Assembly: GCF_044704955.1 (NCBI RefSeq)
Contig: NC_091999.1
Location: 53,754,001 to 53,818,000, forward strand
Direction: 5' to 3'
Length of the DNA: 64,000 nt
Source: Pristiophorus japonicus
Lineage: Eukaryota
The position numbers and the translations under genes are program-made. Below, in pieces: positions 11,541 through 21,929 of this stretch; the first letter of the stretch is position 1, and each line of letters starts with the position of its first letter. The notes below the pieces were generated by a model that searched no databases, had not been told where the DNA came from, and saw nothing but the letters and a program-made list of their open reading frames with translations.

Positions 11541-12459
11541 GTGAGCGGGGAGATTGTTGCAATAAGTGAGATACTGTGACTATTTCCGGTGCATGTGCAA
11601 GGGCCAATTGATCATTTAAAGTGTTTTATGGGCTACTCTGATCATTCAGTTTGGTAATTCCACGAACTCAGCACTCTGGGACCTGACATTATGTATTTTA
11701 GGGGAAACTGGATAAGTCCATGAGTGAGAAAGGAATAGAAGGGTATGTTATTAGGATTAGATTACGTGAGCTAGGAGGAGGCTTGTGTGGAGCATACACA
11801 CCGGCATAGACCAGTTGGCCAAATCTCCTGATTCTATGCAGTAAATTCTATCTAATTTTCCAGACCAATCCTTCAAGATTTCAGAGAGAAAGATTGTGTT
11901 CCCTCTGCTGCGGGATGGAAATCCAGAGATGCCCCAAAGTGAAATAGGAAAAGGGTTAAAATTCAATGCAGTGTCCATTTCTCTCACATCGAACCACCTA
12001 AAATTGGCTGAATTTAAATGGGGAAAGCGAGTTGTGGGCAGTGGCCTCACAGGCCACCCAGGAGAACGGGAGGATTGGAAGCCGAGTCAGAAGGTCTCGG
12101 ATCGCGGGGGGTGGATTAGGCAGGGACCCTGGATCCAGGAGGTAGGTGTAAGGGCAATTACCACCTGGGTGCAGCAGTCCCCGCCTCGCTGTAACTGCAG
12201 GGATTTACACAGTGTGTCAAACCGGACCAGCGACAGTTAAACACCAAATGGTGGTTAAAATAGAAGATTCCAGTCTCATGTAAATATTTTACTCAAATAA
12301 AATATTACAACCGGGAGTGGGCGCGTTGAGGTCGGGATTCCGATTTTTATCAATTTAAAAACCTCCACGCCGAAAACCCGCCCGCTGTATTGATTTAAAG
12401 TTTCTCCATTGTCTCCGGAACTGTCCAGTTCATTGGTCTTTATTGTAACTGTTCTACAG

Positions 12460-12851
12460 CGAAAGATCCGCGGGAACCGGCCTTGTCTGTCCTCCTGCCC
12501 TCGGCAGAAGAAGTCTCCGCTCAGAGGTTGGTCAGCCTCACCTGTTTAGTGAGAGGTTTCTCCCCCCGAGAGATCTTCGTCAAATGGACCGTCAATGACA
12601 AGCCGGTGAATTCCGGCAACTACAAGAACACCGAGGTGATGGCGGAGAATGGCAGCAGATCCTTCTTCATGTACAGCCTGCTATCCATTGCAGCCGAGGA
12701 TTGGGCCAGCGGCGCTTCTTACTCCTGTGTGGTGGGACATGAAGCGATCCCTTTGAAGATCACCAACAGAACCGTCAATAAATCCAGTGGTAAACCCAGT
12801 TTCGTCAACATTTCCCTTGTTCTGATGGACACCGTCAATTCTTGTCAATGA
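12460..12851 (+). CDS. IGHM: IgM Cmu4 exon plus secretory tailpiece
   Basis: AG 12458-12459. [10 protein letters not shown]...W...YSCVVGHE, then tailpiece [20 protein letters not shown] with NIS glycosylation sequon and penultimate Cys. Internal donor G|GTAAAC after 12789 is used for the membrane form. Confidence 0.97.
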
Positions 12852-12879
12852 GAATCTCTCGATTGCATTTCAGTTCTTA

Positions 12880-12895
12880 AATAAAAATCAATAAA
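12880..12895 (+). terminator. Polyadenylation signals for the secreted mu mRNA
   Basis: AATAAA at 12880-12885 and 12890-12895, about 30 bp after the stop. Confidence 0.8.
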
Positions 12896-13624
12896 GGGCT
12901 TTTTTTCCAATCGTGAGTTAAACACACAGCCGCTCAATTAACTATGTTTCCTAGTTTTGCAAATGTGAGGGCTGTTTATCTGAAGTAGGGTGTTTGCGCG
13001 TCTCGGTCCCAAGGCTTGTACAGCCAGCGCTCCCAGCTCAGATACACCATGGTTTGGAGACTGGGTGAAGTTCTCTCATTACAGGATTCCTGAAAGTAAC
13101 TTCAGCAGAGATAGAGTAAAGGGTAATTTTAACTCACTGTACCTCTCACACCCACCAGCGAGAGGGGAACGGGAAATGCGTAATTAATATAACCCCCACT
13201 GCCCCTCCCGCAGGGAGATGGGAAGTGAACCACTCTCCTTTAAATGCACTAAGTTGCCATCAGTACAATGTCACATTCTAACGCATGGTCTAAAGATTTA
13301 AACTTGCCACATGAGTATTATATTCTAAAATAACTTTATTCCATGTAATATTTTTAAATAGGGTTGGGGGTGCAACAGTCAATGTTAATTGTAAACTCAC
13401 ATGCTGAATTCTAATGGGCCATATCTAAACTGGTGATTGAATCATCTGCGGGTTTCTCACAGTTGTGTCCCTGATGTTTCTGAGGCCCATCGGTTGAATT
13501 GTTGCATTCGTTCGGCTGACGTCACATTGCGCCTCACACAGGACACATTTACACAGAGCAGGGAGAATACATGTGAAAGTGAATTTTTATGTGTTCATAT
13601 GTAAGTGTGCTGATGATTTTGTAT

Positions 13625-14860
13625 AAGTGTGTGTGTTTTTGTGTAAGTGCACAATTACACACAAACACACATAGACTTACATATAAAGACATACGTTAAC
13701 ACTCTGACACATAACTAGAATATAATGAAAACCATCATTGTCAAATCCAGTTATTGGTACTCTCTGAAACTTTGAACAATAGCAATGATACACGTCAATC
13801 TAAATGCACACTTACACAACGGACACTTACACACACTTACACACACATATACACACACATCAATCCACACAGACACTTACACAAAACAGACCTTCACACA
13901 TATAAACACATACATCAATCCACACACACACTTACACAAAACACACTTACACACAGATAGACACACATCAATCCATGCACACACACTTACAAAACACACT
14001 TACACACATATAAACACATACATCAATCCACAACACACATTTACACAAAACACACTTACACACACATAAATACACATCAATCAACACACACACTTACACA
14101 AAACACACAAACAGACTTACACAGAAATAAATACATACATCAATCCACACACACTCGTAAACAAATGCATCAATCCAAACACACATTTACACAAAACACA
14201 CACACACGCTTACATGCAAACACACTCTTGCACTTAGACACGCACATTAATCAAAACACACACTGACACAAAACACACACACACAAACACACAAACTTAC
14301 CTGCAAACCATTGTTACACATAATCACACATACGCTTACACCTAAACGTGAACAACACTGAGACATAGCCATACAATTACAGGGAAACACACACCTGAAC
14401 ACATTTACACAAGCATGAACACGCATATAAATCCAAACACAAACGAACACAAAATACACACACACAAACTTACAGGTAAGCACAATGTTACACGAAAACT
14501 CACACACACACTTACACCTCAACATAAACAAACATTTAGACATAACCATACACATACACTTACAGGGAAACACACACATGAACCTACATATACACAAGGA
14601 TACACATACACTTACACATAAGCACACACATGAACACATTTGCACACGCACACACACACACACAAACCCTTAGATATGAACATGCTTACACATAAAAGTA
14701 CACACACTCACCTACACCAAATCGCACACTCACAATTAAATATCAATACACACACTTACATATAAACACACGCGTTCTTAAACAAAACATAAACAAAGAT
14801 TTACATACACATACACAATCTTACAAATACACACACGCACAACCCCACAGATCAACACCC
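13625..14860 (+). repeat. Long CA-rich low-complexity tract
   Basis: About 1.2 kb of imperfect (CA)n / ACACTTACAC units in the Cmu4-TM1 intron. Confidence 0.9.
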
Positions 14861-15572
14861 TCACAGGGAAATGCAAACACGGACTAATCCAGAACAAGAG
14901 ATAGTCATACAGTGATATAGACACTAAAGAGCACAAACAAAAACGTCAGGCTACAGAAGAATGTAGAATTAAGATGCAGTTTTTGGACGGACAAAGTATC
15001 CAACACTTGGCCTGAGTAAATAATTCCTGATACCATAATATATCACATTTCACTATTCTGGTCTTACACATGCACTGGATCAATGTAGTTGTTGCAAACT
15101 GACACAAGTTATTTATGTTCAGAGCATTGCCATAACAAATAAAAAAACAAGGTACAACTCACAACTGATCTCTTATATAGACTCCTTGGCAGCCTCCAAC
15201 TAAGTAACTACCTTAACCTAGCGGAAAAATAATCGATATCCTGCTGTAAACCTTCCTCGATGTTTCATCGTGTTATTCCCGAATGATAGATCGTAGCAAA
15301 GTCATCCAAAATCAATTAGCCTCTGAGATGGAAGAAAAATTATCATATTTTCCAAAACGGACTATAGGGGGATCATGAAGGGAGAGTGGCAGTGGAGTGA
15401 GGAACAGTGAGAGATTGCTGAGAGTAATTAACTTAACACAAAATATACATTGAAAGTCCAATTAAAGAACAAACTAATACCTTAAGGGAAGGAAAAGAGA
15501 ATATAAAATAATAGTATGATACCCGGGATTAATAAACGATCTGAATATATTTCCTCCCCTACATCCCCGTAG

Positions 15573-15700
15573 ATTCCTCAGACCACATCTGGAATGAAGA
15601 CTATGAGGACGAGAGCGGCAACATCTGGACAACAGCTTCCACATTCATCATCCTGTTCTTCCTGAGCATTTCCTACAGCGCTGCCGTCACTCTGGTGAAG
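15573..15700 (+). CDS. IGHM: IgM membrane exon TM1
   Basis: AG 15571-15572, GT 15701. DSSDHIWNEDYEDESGNIWTTASTFIILFFLSISYSAAVTLVK has an acidic spacer and the CART transmembrane motif. Not in the ORF track. Confidence 0.96.
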
Positions 15701-15840
15701 GTGGGAAGATTCAATCCGCTCACACTTCCATCTGACTGAAGCCGTTTGACAAATCTCTGGATGTTTCATTGATAAAAACCCTGAGATAAATGCCCCAGAC
15801 CACTGAACCTCCGCTTCATTCTTTTATCCCTCTTTTACAG

Positions 15841-15849
15841 CTCAAGTGA
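15841..15849 (+). CDS. IGHM: IgM membrane exon TM2 (LK*)
   Basis: Polypyrimidine tract + TTTTACAG|CTC AAG TGA; AATAAA at 15910-15915 and 16092-16097. Confidence 0.9.
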   Translation, partial: LK

Positions 15850-16200
15850 TGTCTGAATTTCGGCCGCCGTGGATGTTCCTCATCTGTTTATCATCTCTCT
15901 GTCACTAAAAATAAAATATGTCCTCTTGGTGATTCTCAGAGTAAAATTCCTTCAGTTACTAGATCAGAATCAGTCGCTGAGAAATATATAACTGGGATTT
16001 CCGTCTTTCTGTTTGAAATGTGTGCTATAATTGTGTCTGTTATGTAACTGTATCTCAGAGTTTCAACCGTGCCTTGTACATTTCATGTGTAAATAAATAA
16101 CTTTTCTCATTCTTATTCACAAGTGTTCCCTTCCCTTTATGCTGAGCCCCTGTTCACTCGCTCTCATGTCTGTCACAACTGTACAGATAGCGGCAGCTCC

Positions 16201-16620
16201 GACATAAGAAATAGGAGCAGGAGTAGGCCCTACGGCCCCTCGAGTCTGCTCCGCCATTCAATAAGATCAGGGCTGAACATCGACCTCAACTCCACTTTCC
16301 CGCCTGATAGCATATCCCTTGCTTCTCCTAGGTTCCAAAAATCTAACTATTTGAGCCGTGAATACATTTAGAGACTCAGCATCCACAGCCATCTGGGGTA
16401 GGGAATTCCAAACATTCACAACCCACTGAGTGAAGAAATTCCTCCTCCTCTCCGTCTTAAATGGCCGATCCTTTATCCTGAGAGAGTGCTCCCTGGTTCT
16501 GGACTGTCCAGCCGGGGGAAACAAACCTTCAGCATTTAACTTGTCAAGCGCCCTCAGAATCTTATGTTTCAATCAGATCACCTCTCATTAATTTAAACTC
16601 CAGAGAGTACAGACCCAATC
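16201..16620 (-). mobile_element. CR1 LINE 3' end
   Basis: ORF 16267-16572 (RRNFFTQWVVNVWNSLP) and the ACATAAGAAATAGGAGCAGGAGTAGGCC terminus. Confidence 0.9.
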
Positions 16621-17184
16621 CGCCTGTATTCGGTTCTCAATGTATTGCTCAGTTATATTCACTTTGTGTTCACTTTTTTACACTTCCCTGTAAATTGTTT
16701 TCTGTGAAATTGTTAATAAATCTGGAATGACAAATTGAAGTAGCTTGAATTTTCTCCATGGCTCCTGTACACCACTCCAATTTCCCTGTCACACTGTGTT
16801 TTATTTGCCTGACAGGTATGTTTCACCCGTCCTGACTGGGTTGTGATTGAACCCAAGTCCCATTGGTGAAGGACCCACGGCGTCACCCAGTGTCCCATTG
16901 GAGTAAAGACACCTCTACCACTGCCTTGTTGTATCCAGTCCCAGAGGCGGAATTACGGCACAACGACCAGGTGCACCATGCAGCCTCCTTTAATATTATT
17001 ATCTGTCACAGTCACATGGCTGTTAAAAAACAGGACTCAGTTCCGGCACAGATTGTCACAGTTCAGTACACGGCAGAGTAAGTCTCCCTTTCAGTGTCCC
17101 ATCAAACTCTTCCAGGGCAGGTTCAGCACGGGTTAGAAACCTGACACAAACGCCCAAGGTAGCACAACCCCGCAGAATGACCCC

Positions 17185-17592
17185 CAATAGGTTGAGCCTG
17201 TGCTGGTGCAAGAGAGTGAGCCTGTGCTTGACCAATAGGATGAGCCCGGGCTGGCCCGATAGGGTGAGCCCATGCTGGCCCAATATGGTGAGCGAATACT
17301 GGCCCAATAGGGTGGGCCCGAGCTGGCCTAATAGGGTGAGCCCATGCTGGCCCAATAGGGTGAGCCCATGCTGGCCCAATAGGGTGAGCCCGAGCTGGAC
17401 TATTAGAGTGAGCCCGTGCTGTCCCAATAGGGTAAGCCCATGCTGGCCCAATAGGGTGAGCCCAGGCTGGCCCAATAGGGTGAGCCGGGCTGGCCCAATA
17501 GGGTGAGACGGGCTGGCCCAATAGTATGAGCCGGGCTGGACCAAGAGGGCGAGCACGGGATGGCCCAATCGGATGAGCCGGTCTGGCCCAGG
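17185..17592 (+). repeat. 24-bp minisatellite (CTGGCCCAATAGGGTGAGCCCATG)
   Basis: About 16 units; 8-aa periodicity in the overlapping ORFs. Confidence 0.92.
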
Positions 17593-17639
17593 GTCACCAG
17601 ACAACAATCAGCACAACAAGGCCACTGACTGGTCACAAA

Positions 17640-17880
17640 CATGTGTCCAATCAAACTGACAGACACGCTGAAGCCCCGCCCTTTTATTATGCCTGCCAAA
17701 GGGCCGCGCATGCGCCGCGAGACCCGCCCTGAACAAGATGGCGGCCACTGAGCCCGCTCTCCCAACCTGACCAAGATGGCGGCCGCTGTGCCCGCTCCCA
17801 CGCCCTGACCAAGATGACGGCTGCTGAGCCCGCTCCCCCGGGCATTCACTGACTGGGCCTGGAACCGGGCTGAGATTCGG
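17640..17880 (+). promoter_or_regulatory. CpG-island promoter (CCAAT, GC box, NRF1, three YY1 motifs)
   Basis: CCAATC ~17647, CCCCGCCC ~17674, GCGCATGCGC 17706-17715, CAAGATGGCGGC 17734 and 17772, variant CAAGATGACGGC 17810; locally CpG-rich. Confidence 0.7.
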
Positions 17881-18081
17881 TTCTTGGGGACGAGCCTGCG
17901 GTGTGTGAAGTGGATGGTGCGGAGTGTTGTCTCTCGGCCTGGGCCAGCACTCTGGCTGTGTGTCCCGCCCGGGGTTTATTAACGCAGGGAACTATTGGTT
18001 CTGCACTTTGTGACTAACAGGTGACAAGCCCCGCCCCATCCTGGCCCGAATCATTCCATGCATGTGGTCCAGAGAAATAAA

Positions 18082-19160
18082 ACTGGGGTAAGGCACTTCG
18101 GCTGGGGGAGGCATGCATTGGGACTGGGGAAAGGCACTTGGGCTTGGGGAAGGCATTCACTGGGAATGGGGTAAGGCACTTCGGATGGGGTGGCACACGC
18201 TGGGACTGGGGTGAGGCATTTCGGATGGGGAGGCATGCACTGGGACTGGGGTTAGGCACTTCGGCTGGTTGAGGCGGGCACTGGGACTGGGGAAAGGCAC
18301 TTCAGCTGCGGGAGGCATGCACTGGGACTAGGGTAAGGCACTTCGGCTGGGGGAGGCATACACTGGGACTGGCTAAGGCACGTCGGATGGGGAGGCATGC
18401 ACTGGGATTGGGGTAAGGCACTTGGGCTGGTGGAGGCATGCACTGGGAACGGGGTTAGACACTTCGGCTGGTGGGGGGCATATGCTGGGACTGAGGTAAG
18501 GCACTTCAGCTGGGGGAGGCATTCACTGGGACTGGGGTAAGGCACTTCAGCAGGGGGAGGCATACGCTAGGACTGGGGTAAGGCACTTCAGCTGGGGGAG
18601 GTGTGCACTGGGACTGGGGTAAGGTACTTGGGCTGAGGGAGGCAGGCACTGGGACTGAAGAAAGGCACTTTAGCTGGAGGATGCATAAACTGGGACTGGG
18701 GTAAGGCACTTCTGCTGGGGGAGGCATGCACAGAGACTGCGGTAAGGCACTTCGGCTGGGAGATGCATGCACTGGGACTGAGGTAAGGCACTTTGGCTGG
18801 ACGATGCATATACTGGGACTGGGGTAAGGCACTTCGGCTGGGGGAGGCATACACTGGGACTGGGGTAAGGCACTTCGGCTGGAGGAGACGTCCACTGGGA
18901 CAGGGGTAAGGCACGTTGGCTTGGGAAGGCGTGCACTGCGACTGGGATAAGGCACTTCGCCTGGGGAGGCATATACTGGGACTGGGGTAAGGCACTTCGG
19001 CTGGGGGAGGCGGGCACTGGGACTGCGGTAAGGCATTTCGGATGGTGGAGGCATTCACTGGGACTGGGGTAAGGCACTTCGGCTGGGGGTGGCCTGCACT
19101 GGGACTGGAGTAAAGCACGTCGGCTGGGGAGGGATGCACTGGCACTGGGGCAAGGCACTT
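18082..19160 (+). repeat. 41-bp G-rich minisatellite (CTGGGACTGGGGTAAGGCACTTCGGCTGGGGGAGGCATGCA)
   Basis: About 26 units; 41-aa (3-unit) periodicity in the minus-strand ORFs. Confidence 0.93.
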
Positions 19161-19424
19161 TGGATGGCAGTCGCTGTCTTTTGGGAGTTCCGCCTCTGTT
19201 TTTTCAGGAAGTCAAAGAGGATCAAGTTACAATTTGCAAGTCAGTGAGACGTTGGGATGGGTGGATCAGTTACACATTCGAGTGAAAACTCAGGCTGTGG
19301 CTTATCCAAAGGAATCAATCATGGAAAAAGGTTGGAGCATGACAGCCATTTATGCAGGAGAAATAAGCGCGTTCTTTATTAACTCGCTCCCTCCCTCCAG
19401 CCATCTCTGACCCCCTGTCTCACC

Positions 19425-19568
19425 CACTGCGCATGCTCAGCTCACACTGCCTGGCTGATTGACGCCAACTCCCGACCAATAGGGAGAGTAGTTGTGGAGC
19501 TGGAGGTCTGGGTAGGCTGTTAGTCTTCCAACCAATCGGCGTGTGCAAGGGGTGCAGCTTGCGGCCCC
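19425..19568 (+). promoter_or_regulatory. CCAAT-box promoter module, paralogous to 46675-46790
   Basis: TGCGCATGCTC, then CTGATTGAC..CTCCCGACCAAT....TCCAACCAATC. The same string occurs at 46677-46762. Confidence 0.55.
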
Positions 19569-20287
19569 TGTATTGTATAGGGTTAATCACATAGGGTTAA
19601 TTATGATATTTCGACATTTACAGTGTGTTTCTGCTTCATGCCTCGTGGAATGTTGTTGATGCAGAGAGAGAGAGAGAGAGAGAGGGACCTTGATGCGCAC
19701 ACCATCTTGTTTATGGGACGGTCGGCGCCTCGAGGTCTCATGCTTTGTTGAAGAACAGCTGGGGCCTTACTGATTAGGAGTTGGCCATAAGCCACATGCA
19801 CCCATGTTTGTTCAATAGTATAATGGAATGGAACTGTCCAGTAGCTCTTTGAACTTCACCTTGAACCGTGATTCACGAGCGGTGCCGGGACCCCTAAGGC
19901 TCCAGACCAGCCGTAGTTGCGGAGTTCCCGACGGGCCGAAGGCTGTGAGCTTTGTTAAATCTTATTATACTTCTTTTTTCTTTGTAATCCTGTATTATGT
20001 TTCTTTTCCCTCAGTAAACGGTGTTTTATCTTCACTTCATTTGTCTTGTCTCTTATTTAACATTATTTAACAATAATAATTTTGTACTGTCACCAGACGG
20101 CATATTTAAGTTTCTGATTGTTCATTGAGTTTGTCCACCCGTTGTTGTGCATTGCGGACCCCTTCAGTCAGAGTCGAGTTTTGACTTTCGAAAACCTTAA
20201 CAGCAGTTTTTAACTCTCGGTTTTCTGCCTCACTTTCCTTCATTTGTTAACACATCATCCTGCGTCTATTATTATCGATCCAAAATA
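19569..20287 (+). repeat. 5' LTR (contains an inverted gag insert at 20074-20256)
   Basis: Colinear with 25599-26133 apart from the insert; ends ...TCGATCCAAAATA, 3 nt before the PBS. Confidence 0.9.
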
Positions 20288-20290
20288 TTT

Positions 20291-20308
20291 TGGTGTCACG
20301 AACAGGAT
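20291..20308 (+). promoter_or_regulatory. Primer-binding site, tRNA-Ser(CGA)
   Basis: TGGTGTCACGAACAGGAT is complementary to the vertebrate tRNA-Ser(CGA) 3' end (...AUCCUGUUCGUGACGCCA, from recall) with one C>T change. Confidence 0.8.
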
Positions 20309-20316
20309 CTGGTAAA

Positions 20317-21900
20317 ATGTTTAAGAGAAAATAACAAGGAGCAGTCTCCTCCTGCTGGAGAGAAGTATAGAATACCAGGGTGGAGCACGTGGGATGAGGG
20401 TTTTGGCTCTCTTGCCAATGTGCTAGCCCAGTTTGGACTCCCGCAACATTTTGATATGCAGTTATTGGAACAGAGCAAAGAGAGAACCGTAGCCCAGGCG
20501 GTACTGTCTCTCCTGGAGGAAGCGGGCGTCCCACAGGAGAAAAGTAGTCCCTCACCAATGGGATGGATTTTGTTGACAGCATTAAAGACGATGTGTAAAC
20601 AACTTAAGGAAAGTGAGGCAGAAAACCTGGAGTTAAAAACAGCTGTTAAGGTTTTCGAAAGTCAAAACTCGACTCTGACTGAAGCGATCCGCACTGAATA
20701 ACAACAGGTGGACAAGCTCAATGAACAATCAGAAACTTTAATATACCGTCTGGTGACAGTACAAAATTATTAAAAAGCCAGACGACGTAAATTACAGATA
20801 GATCGGTCAAAGGTACGTATATTGGTAGCTGGACCCACTTGGGATCCGGCTCATTGGGAAGGAGACATCTGGTAGTCCTCTGACTCAGAATATGAGTGAA
20901 CAGATGGAGAGGGGGGGGAACGGGAGGAAACTAAAAACCCTCCCCCATACGCTCCGAGCACGAAAGCTAGACCCTTATGAAAAATAAGGCGAAACAGCAA
21001 GATGGGGAACAGCCGGTAACCACTAGAAGGGTGCGTGACTTCACCACTTGTGAGTTACAAGAAATAGGGTCTCGATTTCGCCAAAAATCCGGGGAATCAT
21101 TGTCAGAATGGCTAACCTGGATTTGGAATCAGGGAACATCAGGCGTAATACTTAACCTTGAAGAGTTAACAAAAATGAAGACTATGATTACAGACCAACA
21201 TATCACAGCAGTGCTACGGAATGTCCAGGGCACAGGTTCGCTATGGGACATGGTTACTATAGGGGTCCAGCAAAAATATCCCTCTGCCGTTGATTGGGAA
21301 GGGGAGGTAAAACCTTGGAGTACTATGGTGGAGGGTGCGATACAATTGCACAACATGGCAACGCAGGGAGGAATATATCACCAACAATATGGGGGGCCAG
21401 ATCAGGAGCTTTTTATGGCAGGAATGCGGAGCAGGCTGATGAAGAGTGGCCCTCCTATGATGGGGGGTGCACTATTCGCATTATTGGGACCAGCCCAAGG
21501 GCAGCGGGTGGGGGATGCTTTCCAGTTGTTGGGACAGTTAGAGGATGTAGAAGATAGTGTGCGAGAGTCGAGAACGGCTAATGCAGAGGGGGATCGGGAC
21601 CAGCGACAAGGGTCGACCTCTGGGAAAGATATAGGGTCAGGAAAGACAAAAGATAAGAATTGCGCGAAGGGACATGTTCGCGGCTTTACTGAAAGCAGGG
21701 TTCCCAAAGGAAAAAATTGATGGCTTCCCAACAGGAGCAATGTATTCTATGTGGAAGCAACGCTGCGTAATGGGAACAGGGAAGGGAAAAAGGAGGGAGG
21801 TAAGGGAGACTAAGTCGGATAGCGACAAGTCTGCGGATGTGGAGAAACCATCTCCCACTAGTCTATACCTCAGCTTAGAAGAGCTGTGGAAGGCTAGTAG
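20317..21900 (+). pseudogene. gag: ERV gag (frameshifts and stops)
   Basis: ORF pieces 20420-20701, 20977-21720, 21674-; motif ELQEIGSRFRQKSGESLSEWLTWIWNQG resembles ERV-L-type gag. Confidence 0.8.
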
Positions 21901-21929
21901 TACCCTCGACTGGGGTGTGGCCGGGATCC

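Noticed and set aside
13754-14673. His/Thr- and Cys/Val-rich ORFs
   Set aside because: Translation of CA/TG low-complexity sequence.
17056-19158. Repetitive ORFs (LGQHGLTL, PAEVPYPSPS, etc.)
   Set aside because: Products of the 24-bp and 41-bp minisatellites, open in several frames.
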